NCBI GenBank assembly: GCA_951406725.2
Contig: OX597820.1
Location: 100,316,001 to 100,380,000 of the forward strand
Direction of reading: 5' to 3'
DNA from: Octopus vulgaris
Taxonomy: Eukaryota
Length of the DNA stretch: 64,000 bases
How positions within the stretch are numbered: position 1 is the stretch's first letter; each line of letters starts with the position of its first letter. Below, piece after piece: positions 52,064 through 64,000 of this stretch. The notes under the pieces were generated by a model, which was given only the letters and a program-made list of their open reading frames with translations, did not search any database and had not been told where the DNA came from. Made by a program: the position numbers and the translations under genes.

Positions 52064-53149
52064 CTGCAGAGAATAAAAAAAATAAATGAAAATAAATACC
52101 ATAACATCCATTCTTAAACAAGACTTTCATAACTGGATAGCTGAATACTGATACAAAAAGCATTTGAAACATAATTAATGTCCTACAGAGCTCTTCAGTG
52201 GCTTATTTTCATGGCTATCTACAAAGGTTATACAGTTATCAAACTTCCAGAACCATCTCCAGAAAAGAAACTCATACATAAAATGTTAAAAGAAGCAATA
52301 TATATTAATGGGTATTTAAGGGCTAGTTCATCCTTTGCATGTCCTGTGTATAAAATGTGATACGCAGGACATATCTCCCTAACGTTCATGCATCAGTTAT
52401 GCCACACATAACCAATTTTTTTCAACCACCAGAGTAGCTTGGGAGTTATGAAAGGAAAGCTTTTTATTATTCAGAATGTATGAAACAAGGGCTACTAAAA
52501 GCATGGATGTTTAGGGCAAACTTATGAAAATGCTTTGGACAGGAAACGGTTAACCATCTGCAGAAACAAGATGAAGATTTATAGATTAGTGCATTTCCTG
52601 GCATCGAAGACGCTTCATCCTTGAGGATGCACCCTAATTTTGACAACCAAAAATTTGAAAAAATAAATAATAAACATAAAAATAAGGTCCTGGCATATCA
52701 AGTCTTGTTACTCTTACAGATATAATGAAAAAAAATCACTGTAACCTCCAGCACACCACTTAAAATGTTCCTAGCATTTATTCTGGCTGTTCGTCTAGCA
52801 CCTATTTGCGCTATACCTTACGTTGGCTAACTGTGACTGTCACCTGTTGTGACCCCCACACTTGCAATCTGTAAAACTACCGAAATGCAGCACTCACCTA
52901 CCTTACCAATTTGTTTTGTGGGACCATCAGTACAGAGCCATGGTATGGTAAGTTTACTCTCAAAGTTTACGACTACCGTTATGCACCCACTGTAATACTG
53001 AAACTACACTATGACAAGGATGGATTCAGAGGTGGGATGTACCTCCCAACAACCAAGAAACTTTCCAAATTTGACTGTTTGGTTTAAATACGTATGATGG
53101 AAAGCATATTTTTCTACCAGCATCAAACAACTATTGAAGGGTTCAGTCT

Positions 53150-54303
53150 AAAAATTAATTTTTTCAGTATCTCTGAACATAATATACTGTCATTTCATTG
53201 ATCAATTGCAATGAATCAAAAATTCATAGTTTTGAAATATGAGTTCTTTCTTTGAAATACAGCATCACAGACAGCTCAGAATGTTAATGGAATATTTCAT
53301 TCTAATGTTATTACATACATAGCAGACAGTATCAAATTGGTTTGCAAAATTTCATTCTGGTAACTTTGACCTCACAAATGAGCAATGCAGTCGACCAGAA
53401 TCAAAGGTGGATAATGACGAACTGAAAGCCACTGTCGTGTCAAATCCATCTCAAAGTGCCCGTGAATTATCGTTGTTGTTTGGTGTTAGCAAGCAAACAA
53501 TATTGACTCACCTAGTTCAAATCGGTAAAGTGAAAAAGTTGGATAAGTGGGTTCCACATGAACTCAATGAGAATCAGAAACAGCAACGTTTGGAAGCCTG
53601 CATTATGCTACTTTCTCGTCACAAAAATAAATCATTTTTGAATCGAAGTGTAACATATGATGAGAAATAGATCTAATACAACCATAAACATTCAGCACAA
53701 TGGTCGGACAAAGATGAGCCACCAAAACACAGTCACAAAAAGCAAGGTTCATCAAAAGAAGCTGACAGTGTGTGTTTGGTGGTCTGGCGCAGGTGTGATC
53801 CATTATGATTTCATTAAACCTGGCTCATTAATCACGGCCAAAGTATACTGCAGCAAACTGGACCAAATGATGCAGAAACTTACAAAAAAACAGCCTAGAT
53901 TAGTCAGCAGATCCACTCCTATTTAATTGCAAGACAACGCCAGATCACACATTGCAAAAATGACATTGGTGAAGCTACAGGAATTGGAGTTGGAAGTTTT
54001 CCATCATCCACCATACTCACCGGATCTTGCCCCCACTGACTACCACTTCTTCCAGAATTTGGATAACTTTTTGATAGGAAAAAAATTCAATTACGACAAT
54101 GCTGTAAAACAGGCCTTCCAAGATTTTATTGACTCTAGATTGCCAGGCTTTTACAGTTCCTGGCTGGACAAGCTACTGATGAAATGGCAAAAGTGTATTG
54201 ACAATATGAGTGCCTACTTTGATGAATAAAACTATTCCTTGTATTTATAAAACATTGGCAAACTTTTTCCCTTTTCTACAAATTTCATACTTGACGACCT
54301 AAT
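53150..54303 (+). mobile_element. Decayed mariner transposon
   Basis: KWVPHEL, VTYDEK, QDNARSH, HPPYSPDLAPTDYHFF; frameshifts. Confidence 0.92.
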
Positions 54304-54309
54304 AATTGG

Positions 54310-55200
54310 CTTGTTAAACCAGCAGGGATCACTGTCATTCTCATTTTCAATTGTTTTGTGGGCACAAAACTGATCCCACACAAGGGATGGTATTTTAAGA
54401 TCACCAGAACACCTTGACCAGACCTTATCTAGCTTCACACCCTCTTCATCCATCTACCCCTTTGGGTGGACATAAACAAAAATTCCATGTGGAATTGTAT
54501 CTTTTGGTAAAGTTTTCCTCTTGAAAATAAGCAGTGGTGGCAGTTCTGTTCCATCAGCACAACATGGTAGTACTACAATATAATGGGTTTTCTCATGTCC
54601 AGATGTCTTTACACTTACGGTTTTGGACCCTTTAGCATCCACTTGTTCTATTTGATACCACATCAAATGTTAGTGATACTTCATCCATGTTTCAGATCTG
54701 ACCCAGTTCGTAGTCAATCTCTTTTCTTGCACTGATTATGAACCAGTGAAATTCAATCATTTTGTTATCATAATCTTGAGGCATTTTTTGTTCTATTCTT
54801 GTTTTCATTTGCATTGCCGGTCCGTGCCTCTTCATAAATCTAACACCAGCTTGATGTGCCATCATCCAGACCTCGGGCTGCACTCACTTTTGATTCATTA
54901 ATAATCATTTTTATTGATACTGCACGACCCAAATTTCTCTCTGTAACTATCCACTCATTCATCTCTTGCTCCTGTTCTGGCCACTTAGCTGCGCTCTGAT
55001 GCAGGTTACATTTAAGTCTTGATGCAGGCTTTAACAGGTCCTTTTGTTTCTTCCAGTAGCAGATCATTTTCTCAGTCCGTGGTGCTCCAAAATGCCTTTC
55101 TGCAACCCTGTTGACATGCTGTTTGGCATATTCAATCACTTGTAGCTTGTAGCCTTTTGCATAAGAGTATCTTTTGCTTGAGGTTTCCATAACAGTTGTG
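54310..55200 (-). mobile_element. Decayed pogo-family transposase (Brinker-type DBD, CENP-B HTH, start of DDE)
   Basis: KRYSY...YKLQVIEYA...NR.AER.F; AAKWPE.E; LGQI.NMDE; TSGHEKTHY.VVL.CCADGT.LPPLLIFKRK. Confidence 0.85.
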
Positions 55201-55559
55201 CTAAAAATTTTAAGTTGCAGATCACTCTTAACATCAGCAGAGAATAAAATTTTTTGCCAGACCAGATTGAGGCTGGTGCAGCCTCTGGCTCACCAGTCCT
55301 CAGTCAAACCGTCCAATCCATGCCAGCATGGAAAGTAGACATTAAACGATAATGATGATGATGATGATGTTACACTTTATTCTGAAGTAACCCATGCCCA
55401 ATTTAGAAACACTAGCTTGCATGTGTAACAGCAGCACTATACACTAATTTTAAGTCATGCTTCACCTTTGTCAAGTCAGTTACTAATTCAGCTTATGTAT
55501 TTTCTAGAGTAGAAGGGGAAGCCTAGACTTCAGGATGCATTTTCAGCAGAACTGTATAC

Positions 55560-56164
55560 TACACCTTCTCCACGACTGACGACCATCCGCACTTACAACC
55601 ACAAAAAATAAATAAATAAAAAAATCGATTTTTGAACATTGGACAGCTGTGTGCATGATACCTATGGCAGCATCTGGCAACGCAGGCCTCCCTCAGACCC
55701 ACTCAGTTACTTTCAAACATCAGTTGCATGTGAATTAGTTACAATTGTATCTGAAATACCTCTAAAATGACTGGTAAAAGGAAAATGCTTTCATCTGCAG
55801 ATGCACCAGCTAAGAAATCAAGGAAGGCTATCAGTTTAGACTGTAAAATGAAGATTATCCGGCAGTATGAAGGCAGAAAGAAGGTGAATACTATTAGAGA
55901 AGACATAGTTAAACTTGCAGACAATCTAGAATTAGAATGTGAAATAGATCTAGATGAATTGCTAGATTGTGAGGCAAAAGAACTTTCAGATGAAGAGTAT
56001 TTTTCACATAGTGTACAATAACTATAGGTTAAATTTTTGTGTTTTATATTTTTATAACCTTTTTGAATGAAAATAGTGTTGAAAAATATGAATCCAACAT
56101 ACGACCAAATCGACTTACAATCTGTCAGTTGGAATGGAACTCAGTCCTAAGTTGAGAAGGTATA
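55560..56164 (+). mobile_element. Internally deleted Tigger-like element with 84-aa HTH_psq-like mini-ORF (55767-56021)
   Basis: Imperfect TIRs TACACCTTCTC... / ...GAGAAGGTATA; KKSRKAISLDCKMKIIRQYEG. Confidence 0.65.
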
Positions 56165-56169
56165 TATAT

Positions 56170-57018
56170 GTTAGTTAGTTAGTTAGTTAATTTTTTGGCT
56201 CAAAAAGCAAAAAGCAAGGCCATGTAGGGGGACATGGAGTTATGTACAGGGTGGTGTTCATGTAAAGAGTTCAGGCCACTTATGGTCAAGGGAGATTTTT
56301 GAACCGAGCGGTCGTCGGCATCTTCACCATCTTGTCCGGTAGCTTATTCCACGGATCCGCAACCCGGACAGAGAAAGCCCCTCTCCTTCGATTGAGATGA
56401 AATCGTCGCAGATAGAGCTTTTCGGAATGACCCCGCAGCCGACGCTCTGGAGCAGGAGTGAAGAACTGCTCTTTCGAGAGGTTACACTTTCTGCTTATGA
56501 TGTTGTGAGCAAGAATGAGATCACCACGGCGGCGGCATTTTTCTAGAGAATAAAGGTCGAGCGTCTTCAGCCTTTCTTCATACGACAAATTCTTGAGACC
56601 AAGAACCATGCAGGTAGCCAGCTTCTGGACTCTTTCGAGATGCTGTATGTCTTTGAGGAGATAAGGAGAAGAGGCTTGAATCCCGTACTCCAATATGGGT
56701 CTCACCAGCGTGACACAGAGCGGTAGGAATATGGCTGCTGTGAGCATTCCGAATGACCGTCGAATCAAGAACAGAACTCCGCGTGCTTTGTTGGCAGCAT
56801 GGACGCACTGGGCCGAAGGCGAAAAGGAGGAATCCACCAAGATACCCAGGTCCTTTACCTGCTCAGTCCTCTCCAGCAGCAGACGACCCAGCATGAAATC
56901 AAGTTGAGTTGCAGGAGGAGAGCCAACAGGCAGATGACAGCACTTTGACACGTTCAGACACAGGTCCCATTCGTTAGACCATTTCCAAATTTGGTGGAGG
57001 CATCGACGAAGATCCTCT
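56170..57018 (-). mobile_element. CR1-like LINE 3' fragment with (CTAA)n tail
   Basis: VKDLGILVD, LVRPILEYG, LERVQK, SYEERLKTLDLYSLE..RRRGDLI, RLRGH, FSVRVADPWNKLP. Confidence 0.9.
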
Positions 57019-57439
57019 ATATATATATGCAAGGTGACTTGAGATATAACTAGGTATTGTAATGCCGGGTATTAATAGTAACTTGGAGAGATTTAACAGT
57101 AGCTTGCCGAGAGAGAATGTGATGTAAGACTGTTTCTTTAATCATATCTTTGTGTGGGTGAAAGAGACTTGGTCATTAGCCCCCACCACCACTGAAAGAG
57201 GGCTTTGAGACTATTGTTCATGGAAACAGTGAAATTATTATCCACATTTTATCTAGATACATATGAATAATACCTGTGTAAAGAGGTTAAGCAGGTAAGC
57301 AGGAACAAAGAGAGCTACTGGCTACATAAGAATTAGTGACAGCATGTGTCTTTTATTAGATGTTCAACATATAATTACTGCCAAGACACACACTGAAAAG
57401 AGATGTGAGTGACAATTCTGAGAGAGCATAGAAACTTAC

Positions 57440-57517
57440 ATCTTTCACAACAGTAGAGCCTTTTCTCTTATAAAATGACAACTGCTTCAGGGCTTCATCG
57501 ATGGACATTCCTCGGAT
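57440..57517 (-). CDS. MRPL22: MRPL22 exon, 78 bp (IRGMSIDEALKQLSFYKRKGSTVVKD)
   Basis: IRGMSIDEAL..L.F..KG uL22 motif; tAG / GTAAGT. Confidence 0.95.
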
Positions 57518-59699
57518 CTAACAAGTAAAATAGAATAAATCATCAGCAATAATCATATAGTGAGAAATACGCAACCTTAGACCATGTTAATGCATCTCTG
57601 TATTAAAATAATTCACTTGTCCGTGATATATATGCACAATATACATGCACTTTATTTGTGGGTTAACTTTTAAATTTTAAATTTTATTTTGATTTTTATC
57701 TATGTTTTTACATTCTCAATACATATTTTTCTAAATTTATCAGTTTCTCTTTCTTTCTAAATTTTTTTATGTATATTTTCATTAGTGTATCATTTTCAAT
57801 ATTTTATTTCCGTTTCATATATATATAGGTGTGTACACACACATACACACGCATTAATATCAAACAGTGAGAATGAGTGCTCAATACCACATTGGAGGAT
57901 AGATATTTGTGGGTGTACAGGACTACCATTGGTTTCATGTAAAGTGACCTTCACAATTGTTCAAGCATGCCACATGTAAGTGTAAGTAGTCATCTCAACA
58001 CTTTCATGTAGCACACTTAAATTGTGAAAATCTTACATAAAACCATCAGTAGCTTTGTTAACCCACAAATAAAGTACATATATATTGTGTGTACAAATAG
58101 ATATATGATTGCTGTTGTTAAGTTAAGTTTAGAGCTCCATGTAGATTATCAATGTCCAGTTTGTTTCCAGTATAATGATTGAGCAACTACTACACTTAGT
58201 ATTACTAGTTATGATAAACACAGCAAATGTAGGAGAAATTATGATACACAGAGATTTATATCATTTGTTCCTATGTACGTTTCAACATTGTGGTTGTTTA
58301 AAACTTTGTATTGGAAGTTACACTATAAACTTAGATCTTTTTAATTGTATCCTACTTTCATTTGATACAATTGATTATGTTTAGCTTCCTTGTATTAGAC
58401 ACCTTCCTAATGCTTTTTTGGCCAGAACTCCTTGTATTTGTTTTTCATCTTGCAATAATTCAGATTAAGTTTAACCCTTGTTCAATCCATTCAGTTAATC
58501 TATAAATACTCATTTCAGTTCTGTAGATGTTAAACCTTTGCCTGTCCAAAACATAATAATAACAAGAACAACAATGACAGCAACAACAACTCCATCAAAC
58601 AATGTAGCAGGGACAAAACTAACAGTAATTGGCAAGATACCTTAATTTGTCTTCTGAATGGGACATGAAAAAGCAGGAATGGAATGTGGTGTAGAAGAGC
58701 AATATTCTAGCACACAACATTAAATTTCACATTAGATCATTCAAAGATTTAATAAAAACTATTCTGTTCACATAGAAATTCTTATTCTATCGCAAAATGC
58801 ACTCATACAACACTTTCCAAATATATACAAAGACATGGGACAAGGTTGTGAAATATGATCTTCAGATGTTGAGTCTCACGGAGGCAATGACAAGTGACCA
58901 AGACATCTGGTGATTTGCTGTCCTAGAGAAGACATGTAAAGTGAAATCATAGTTGTGGCCAATGCCAGTGACACGTAAAAGGCACCCACTACACTCAGTG
59001 GCGTGGTTTAGGAAGGGCATCCAACTGTAGAAACCATACCAAAACAGACTGGAGTCTGAGGCAGCTCTCTAGCTTACCAGTTCCAATAAAACCGTCTAAC
59101 CCATGCCAGCATGGAAAACGGACACTAAATAATGATGATGATGATATATGTGTATACATCATTTGCATAATTTTTTAAAGTGGGCATGGAACAGATAAGA
59201 GTTACAGGGATTTTTTCCCCTTATTATTATAAATTTAGGCATGGCTGCATTTGTAATAATATTTCAGAATCCACAGCCATGTTCACTGAGACTGTGGGTT
59301 CAAGTCTAGCTACATGACCTTTTCTTTAATATGAAAATAAGAATGGAATACAGCTAGTAATGATTTGTTAAACACTTTATTATGACAGTTGTAAAACAGC
59401 AGAATAATAATTATACCTGGATTATTTCTTCAATTCCATTCTATACTTAAGATTGTTAACTTCTTGACATAACATGAAAGATAATAGATCACAACTCTCA
59501 AAGTAGAAAAGGTGACAGGTATAAAATAAGGACTATAGCTTTCAGAGATGTCTCCTAAAATTTCACATTTAATAATGTTTTTATGAATTTTAACTCTATC
59601 TAATAAATCAAATGTTTCAAATAAAATATTATTTCATTTCATGTACTCCGTGGTTCTCTATAAACTTCCAATATATCTTAAAGTTTTACCTGTAATCTC

Positions 59700-59952
59700 C
59701 ATGAGTTACACTAGTCTTAATGGTTCTGCAAAATATGCAGAGAAAATCCCTGGAGAAGGACATCATGATCGGAAAGGTCAGTGGCAAGAGAAGAAGAGGC
59801 CGACCAAGAACCCGCTGGCTTGAAACCATCAAGAGCGATACCAGAATGGATATAGCCAATCTGAAAGAAGCGGCCCAGGATAGAACTGACTGGAGGACAC
59901 TGATCCAACGAATAACCAAGAGTCGACTTCGACTGAGCGGATAGATAGATAG
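59700..59952 (+). mobile_element. RTE LINE 3' end with (GATA)n tail
   Basis: LEKDIMIGKVSGKRRRGRPRTRW...AQDRTDWR. Confidence 0.85.
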
Positions 59953-60994
59953 CAAAATATGGGAGATAACTCTTGAAGTATATCTTATAAGACATCAGTG
60001 AAGCATGATTGTGATTGTACTCATCATCATTTAACGCCTGCCTTCCATGCTGGCATGAGTTGGACGGTTTGACAGGAGCTAACCAGGCAGGAGACTACAC
60101 CAGACTTCTGTGTCTGTTTTGGTATGGGTGTTATAGCTGGATGCCCTTCCTAACACCAACCACTCAGCAGAGTGGACTTACTGAAATATAAATAGGACTA
60201 TTATTGCCTTTCTAATTAACTTCTTAATCTCACTGCATTAAATATGCCCAGAATAAATAATCCTTTGTCATATCTTTTTGCTATTTCAATACAAATATTG
60301 GTCAAACCAACACACTATGTGTGCATGAGTAAAAGAAAAAGCAGTTAGAGGATAGTAAACACAAATGTGGGACTGTTTCCAGTTTCCATCAACCAAATCT
60401 ACACACAAAGCTTTGGTTAGCCTAAGGCTATAGTAGAAGACACGTGTGGGATAGGATTAAGAGAAAGATCCTTATCGAGTCATATAGGCTCAAAGGGCTG
60501 GTCTCCCAGTTTTTGTGGCATATATATTCCCCACCTGGACTGGATGCCAGTCCATCACAGGATTATTCATTTTTGCCAACCAAGTAGACTGGAACTACAT
60601 GAAATGAAGTGTTTTTTCTCAAGAACACAACACATCGCTCAATTGAGGAATCGAAACCACAATCTTACAATCATGAGTTTGACACCACCACTAAGTCACT
60701 CTATGCTGTGCAATGGGAATGAACCCAAAATCATGTTTTAAGAAATAAACTTGTTAACTACACAGCCATACAAGCATCTAATATTAGTTCAATAATATAC
60801 ATATATCTAAATCATCATGCCAGTTTGGAAGACTGACGTGTAACAAAAACTGACAATGAAAGTGGACAAATAACTATTTTATCTCCAAGCTAAACTGGCC
60901 TCTTTGAATTGACAAACAAGTCTTAATTCATAGAAAGGAAATAATTATGTACATAAAACATTCAGAAAGTTTTAGCAAATATAAGATAACTCAC

Positions 60995-61060
60995 CATACA
61001 AGCAATGTACCACATCTTTAATGGACTGTATTTAATATTTTCTCGAGAGTGAGTTATTTC
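60995..61060 (-). CDS. MRPL22: MRPL22 exon, 66 bp (EITHSRENIKYSPLKMWYIACM)
   Basis: IKYS..KMWY.A motif; tttgcAG / GTGAGT. Confidence 0.95.
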
Positions 61061-61705
61061 CTGCAAAGATAAATACTTTAAAGCTACACAAGAAGCAAGC
61101 AATATAGATTAACACCCAAAATAGAAAATGAGCTAACTTTCTGTTTCGACTGATTTGGTTTTTGATTCATAATTCCTAAGAAATAAATTACTATAAAACT
61201 AAAACTGAAATATAAGAAATATCTTATGATAGGCATTATAATCCAATTCTCACAATTTTATTCCATTGATATTGTGAGTTTCGTAAACAGATAAGAGAAA
61301 GTTTAAGTAAAATTTAATCTCTTAGGTTATATTGTACCAGGGAAATTTATTCTTTTACTTCTCATTCTTGAGAATGTGTTATTTCCTGCAAAGAGAAATA
61401 CTTCAAAGCCACACAAGAAGCCAAGTAATATAGATTAATAGCTAAAATAGAAAATGAGCTTTCTGTTTTAATTTTGACTTATTTAGCTTTTGATTCATAA
61501 TTCCAAAGAAATAAATTGCTATAAAACCAAAATTGAAGTATTTTTAATTTTAAAAAATATATCTTACAATAGGCATTATAATGCAAATCTCACATTTATA
61601 TTCCATGGATGATGTTGAGAGTTTCATAAACAGATAAAAGAAAATATAAGTAGAATTTAATGCCTTAGGCTATATTGTACCAGAGAATGTTATATTCTTT
61701 TACTT
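61040..61705. repeat. Tandem duplication of ~325-340 bp including an MRPL22 splice acceptor
   Basis: 61040-61360 and 61365-61705 align throughout (TTATTTCCTGCAAAGA.AAATACTT.AAAGC.ACACAAGAAGC...TATATTGTACCAG). Confidence 0.9.
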
Positions 61706-62255
61706 GTCTGTCATTGTACTGCAGCACCACTTTTTTCTTACTTTTCTTTTTTCTTAAGTTTCGTACTCATTCTCTTGGTCTTTTTCGCCAAACCACTAAA
61801 TTATGGGGATGTGAACAAACCGACACCAGGCGTCAAGTAATGGGGAACAAACACAAGGCATACACACACACGACAGACTCCAATGTCTTTTCTGAAGCTC
61901 CAGCTTGAGCTAATGGATTTTACTGGCTCTGTTTCACTGCATTTTTCTCCTCCAACTCAAGCTTCTCCATTTCTAAACCGATGATAATGATGGTCATTGT
62001 CTAGATGTGACAGTCAACATCACCTTTGGCTGTTGCTTCCAAGATGGAGTCAACATCCTTATCAAATGGGATGCACTCTTATTCTTTGTTACCTTGGAAC
62101 AACTTTACCTGATGTTGTTCTGTTACTCTGGGACTTGCAACAGCTGTAATTCCAGGAAATGTAGTTTGATTCTCAGCCTGGTTCCTCTTGCAACACAGTT
62201 GGTTCCTGTGTGCTGTGATACTTGCACTGTCTTCACAGATTTCATCTTGGCATAA

Positions 62256-62293
<38 letters not shown>

Positions 62294-62995
62294 CATCATC
62301 ATCGTTTAGCGTCCGTTTTCCATGCTAGCATGGGTTGGACAGTTCTACTGGGGTCTGTGAAACCAGAAGGCTTCATCAGGCCCAGTCAAATCTGGCAGTG
62401 TTTCTACGGCTGGATGCCCTTCCTAACGCCAACCACTCCGTGAGTGTAGTGGGTGCTTTTTATGTGCCAGACAGAGCTGGCAAACGGCCACGAACGGATG
62501 GTGCTTTTTATGCGCCACCGGCATGAGGGCCAGGCGAGGCTGGCAACGGACACGAACGGATGGTATCATTCTCATCATTTTTCCATACTATCACAGTGAG
62601 CTTGGTAATTCGGTATAGCAGGTTTTTTAACAAAAAGATACCCTTCCTATTACCAACCCCAACATTTTTCTCCATAGCCAGACATGTTTCCACAGAAGAT
62701 TGTAAATAAAGATTGTATGAGGCTCATTTACAACTATATTGCCATGTCAAAAGACACAAACACATATATGTGTATATACACCCATACATATATATATATA
62801 AAATATTCTATAATTATATATATAATTATAAAAGACATTAGCGTCTATTTCTAATTCAGTATGTGGCGAGGCACTTAGCTGACCCCTGATTATAATTATG
62901 CATATGATTATAGAATAATTTGTATAATTTACCTAAAAAGGTTTTTTTAACATACTGACTACTTGGTAAAATTATTAATTAATTTTACCCTATGT

Positions 62996-63048
<53 letters not shown>

Positions 63049-63278
63049 CACACACACACAATGGGGTTACATAAATAAAGAGAGAGAAGGGGGCAAGAGC
63101 TGTTAATGCCAAAAGTTTTTCAGGAAATCATCCATTTGAATCTTAAACCATTTGCAAACGACTTACTATCATAATAAATATTTTTATTGCAAATGGAAAA
63201 TATTCCACATCATAACAATATGCACAAGATCTGAATTAGAACTTCTATAAAACTGAGTTCATTTAAAATTTAACTTAC

Positions 63279-63450
63279 AGCAGGCCGTTCTTCCTCTCCA
63301 GGTTTTGTTGGTGGATAAACAATAGTGTTGTATTTATCCCACTTCATCCCATTGTTTACTGTTGTGGTATGTAAAGACTGGGTTTGTACAGGCAATATTT
63401 TCAACGCAGTATTTGCTGTTGGCACACAGATTTGCTTTTCCAAACTAAGT
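63279..63450 (-). CDS. MRPL22: MRPL22 (mitochondrial uL22m) exon, 172 bp (...SLHTTTVNNGMKWDKYNTIVYPPTKPGEEERPA)
   Basis: W...N.IVYPP..PGE..RPA matches the MRPL22 N-terminal region; AG and GTAAGT boundaries. Confidence 0.92.
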
Positions 63451-64000
63451 CTGAAAAATGAAAGACTAATTTAATTTCATCAAACAAGATAAAATATTCA
63501 GACTTTGTAAATCTTGGATGAGACTGAAATTGCAAACAATAATACCATAAAAAAAAATCCAACATAGTACATTGAATTTTATTTAACAGTGGAAAATATT
63601 TTGACTTATTTCCCCAATTTTTGTCAAATCCAATAATTCTGCAGATAACCAAATATTCTAAACACCAGGGGTTGTACAGCTAATAAATTAGTTTCCTTTA
63701 ACATAAGAGTCATAGAGCAAGAAACTGGGAACATGCACTGATATGTTTCTCAAAGATATTAGAAATATAAGAGAAAGTAAGAGAGTAAACAGATGAACTA
63801 AGAAATGGAACAAATTTGTAAAATCACATCACAGATACCTGATTCTACAACTAATAGCATAATGTTGATTTCTTGTTTAAGCAAAAAGACTACAGGTTTC
63901 TAGGATATTATTGTTTAATACTGATGTCTTTCTCAAGAGTGAAATGCAATTGGCTTTAGCAAAAGTTAGTGAAATGCAATTGGCTTTAAGTAGCTCAAAG

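Noticed and set aside
61870-62252. Coding-like sequence in an MRPL22 intron
   Set aside because: Stops in all minus frames and no recognisable motif; probably decayed TE

Overview
Eukaryotic, AT-rich, repeat-dense genomic DNA. The SINE, LINE and microsatellite content points to a coleoid cephalopod, most likely Octopus (inference). Host genes: (1) five + strand exons of a DHRSX-like short-chain dehydrogenase (16681-26924); the N-terminal TGxxxGxG exons were not found in the window. (2) An uninterrupted ~4-kb + strand ORF (33180/33272-37295) encoding a ~1,340-aa acidic, Ser/Glu/Asp-rich protein I cannot assign. (3) Five - strand exons of mitochondrial ribosomal protein MRPL22 (41856-63450); its first exon lies beyond the window. 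The remainder is transposon debris: Penelope-like elements (RT + GIY-YIG) with at least five hammerhead-ribozyme-like motifs, RTE, CR1-like and R4/Dong-like LINE fragments, Tigger/pogo, mariner and Tc1 remnants, piggyBac-type MITEs, a non-autonomous Helitron, several SINE families and long palindromes. Best leads: a possible in-frame splice from a donor overlapping the DHRSX stop codon into the giant exon; the hammerhead motifs with their promoter-like modules; and a duplicated, stop-containing acceptor in MRPL22. Repeat boundaries are approximate; exon boundaries were read from GT/AG signals and reading frame.
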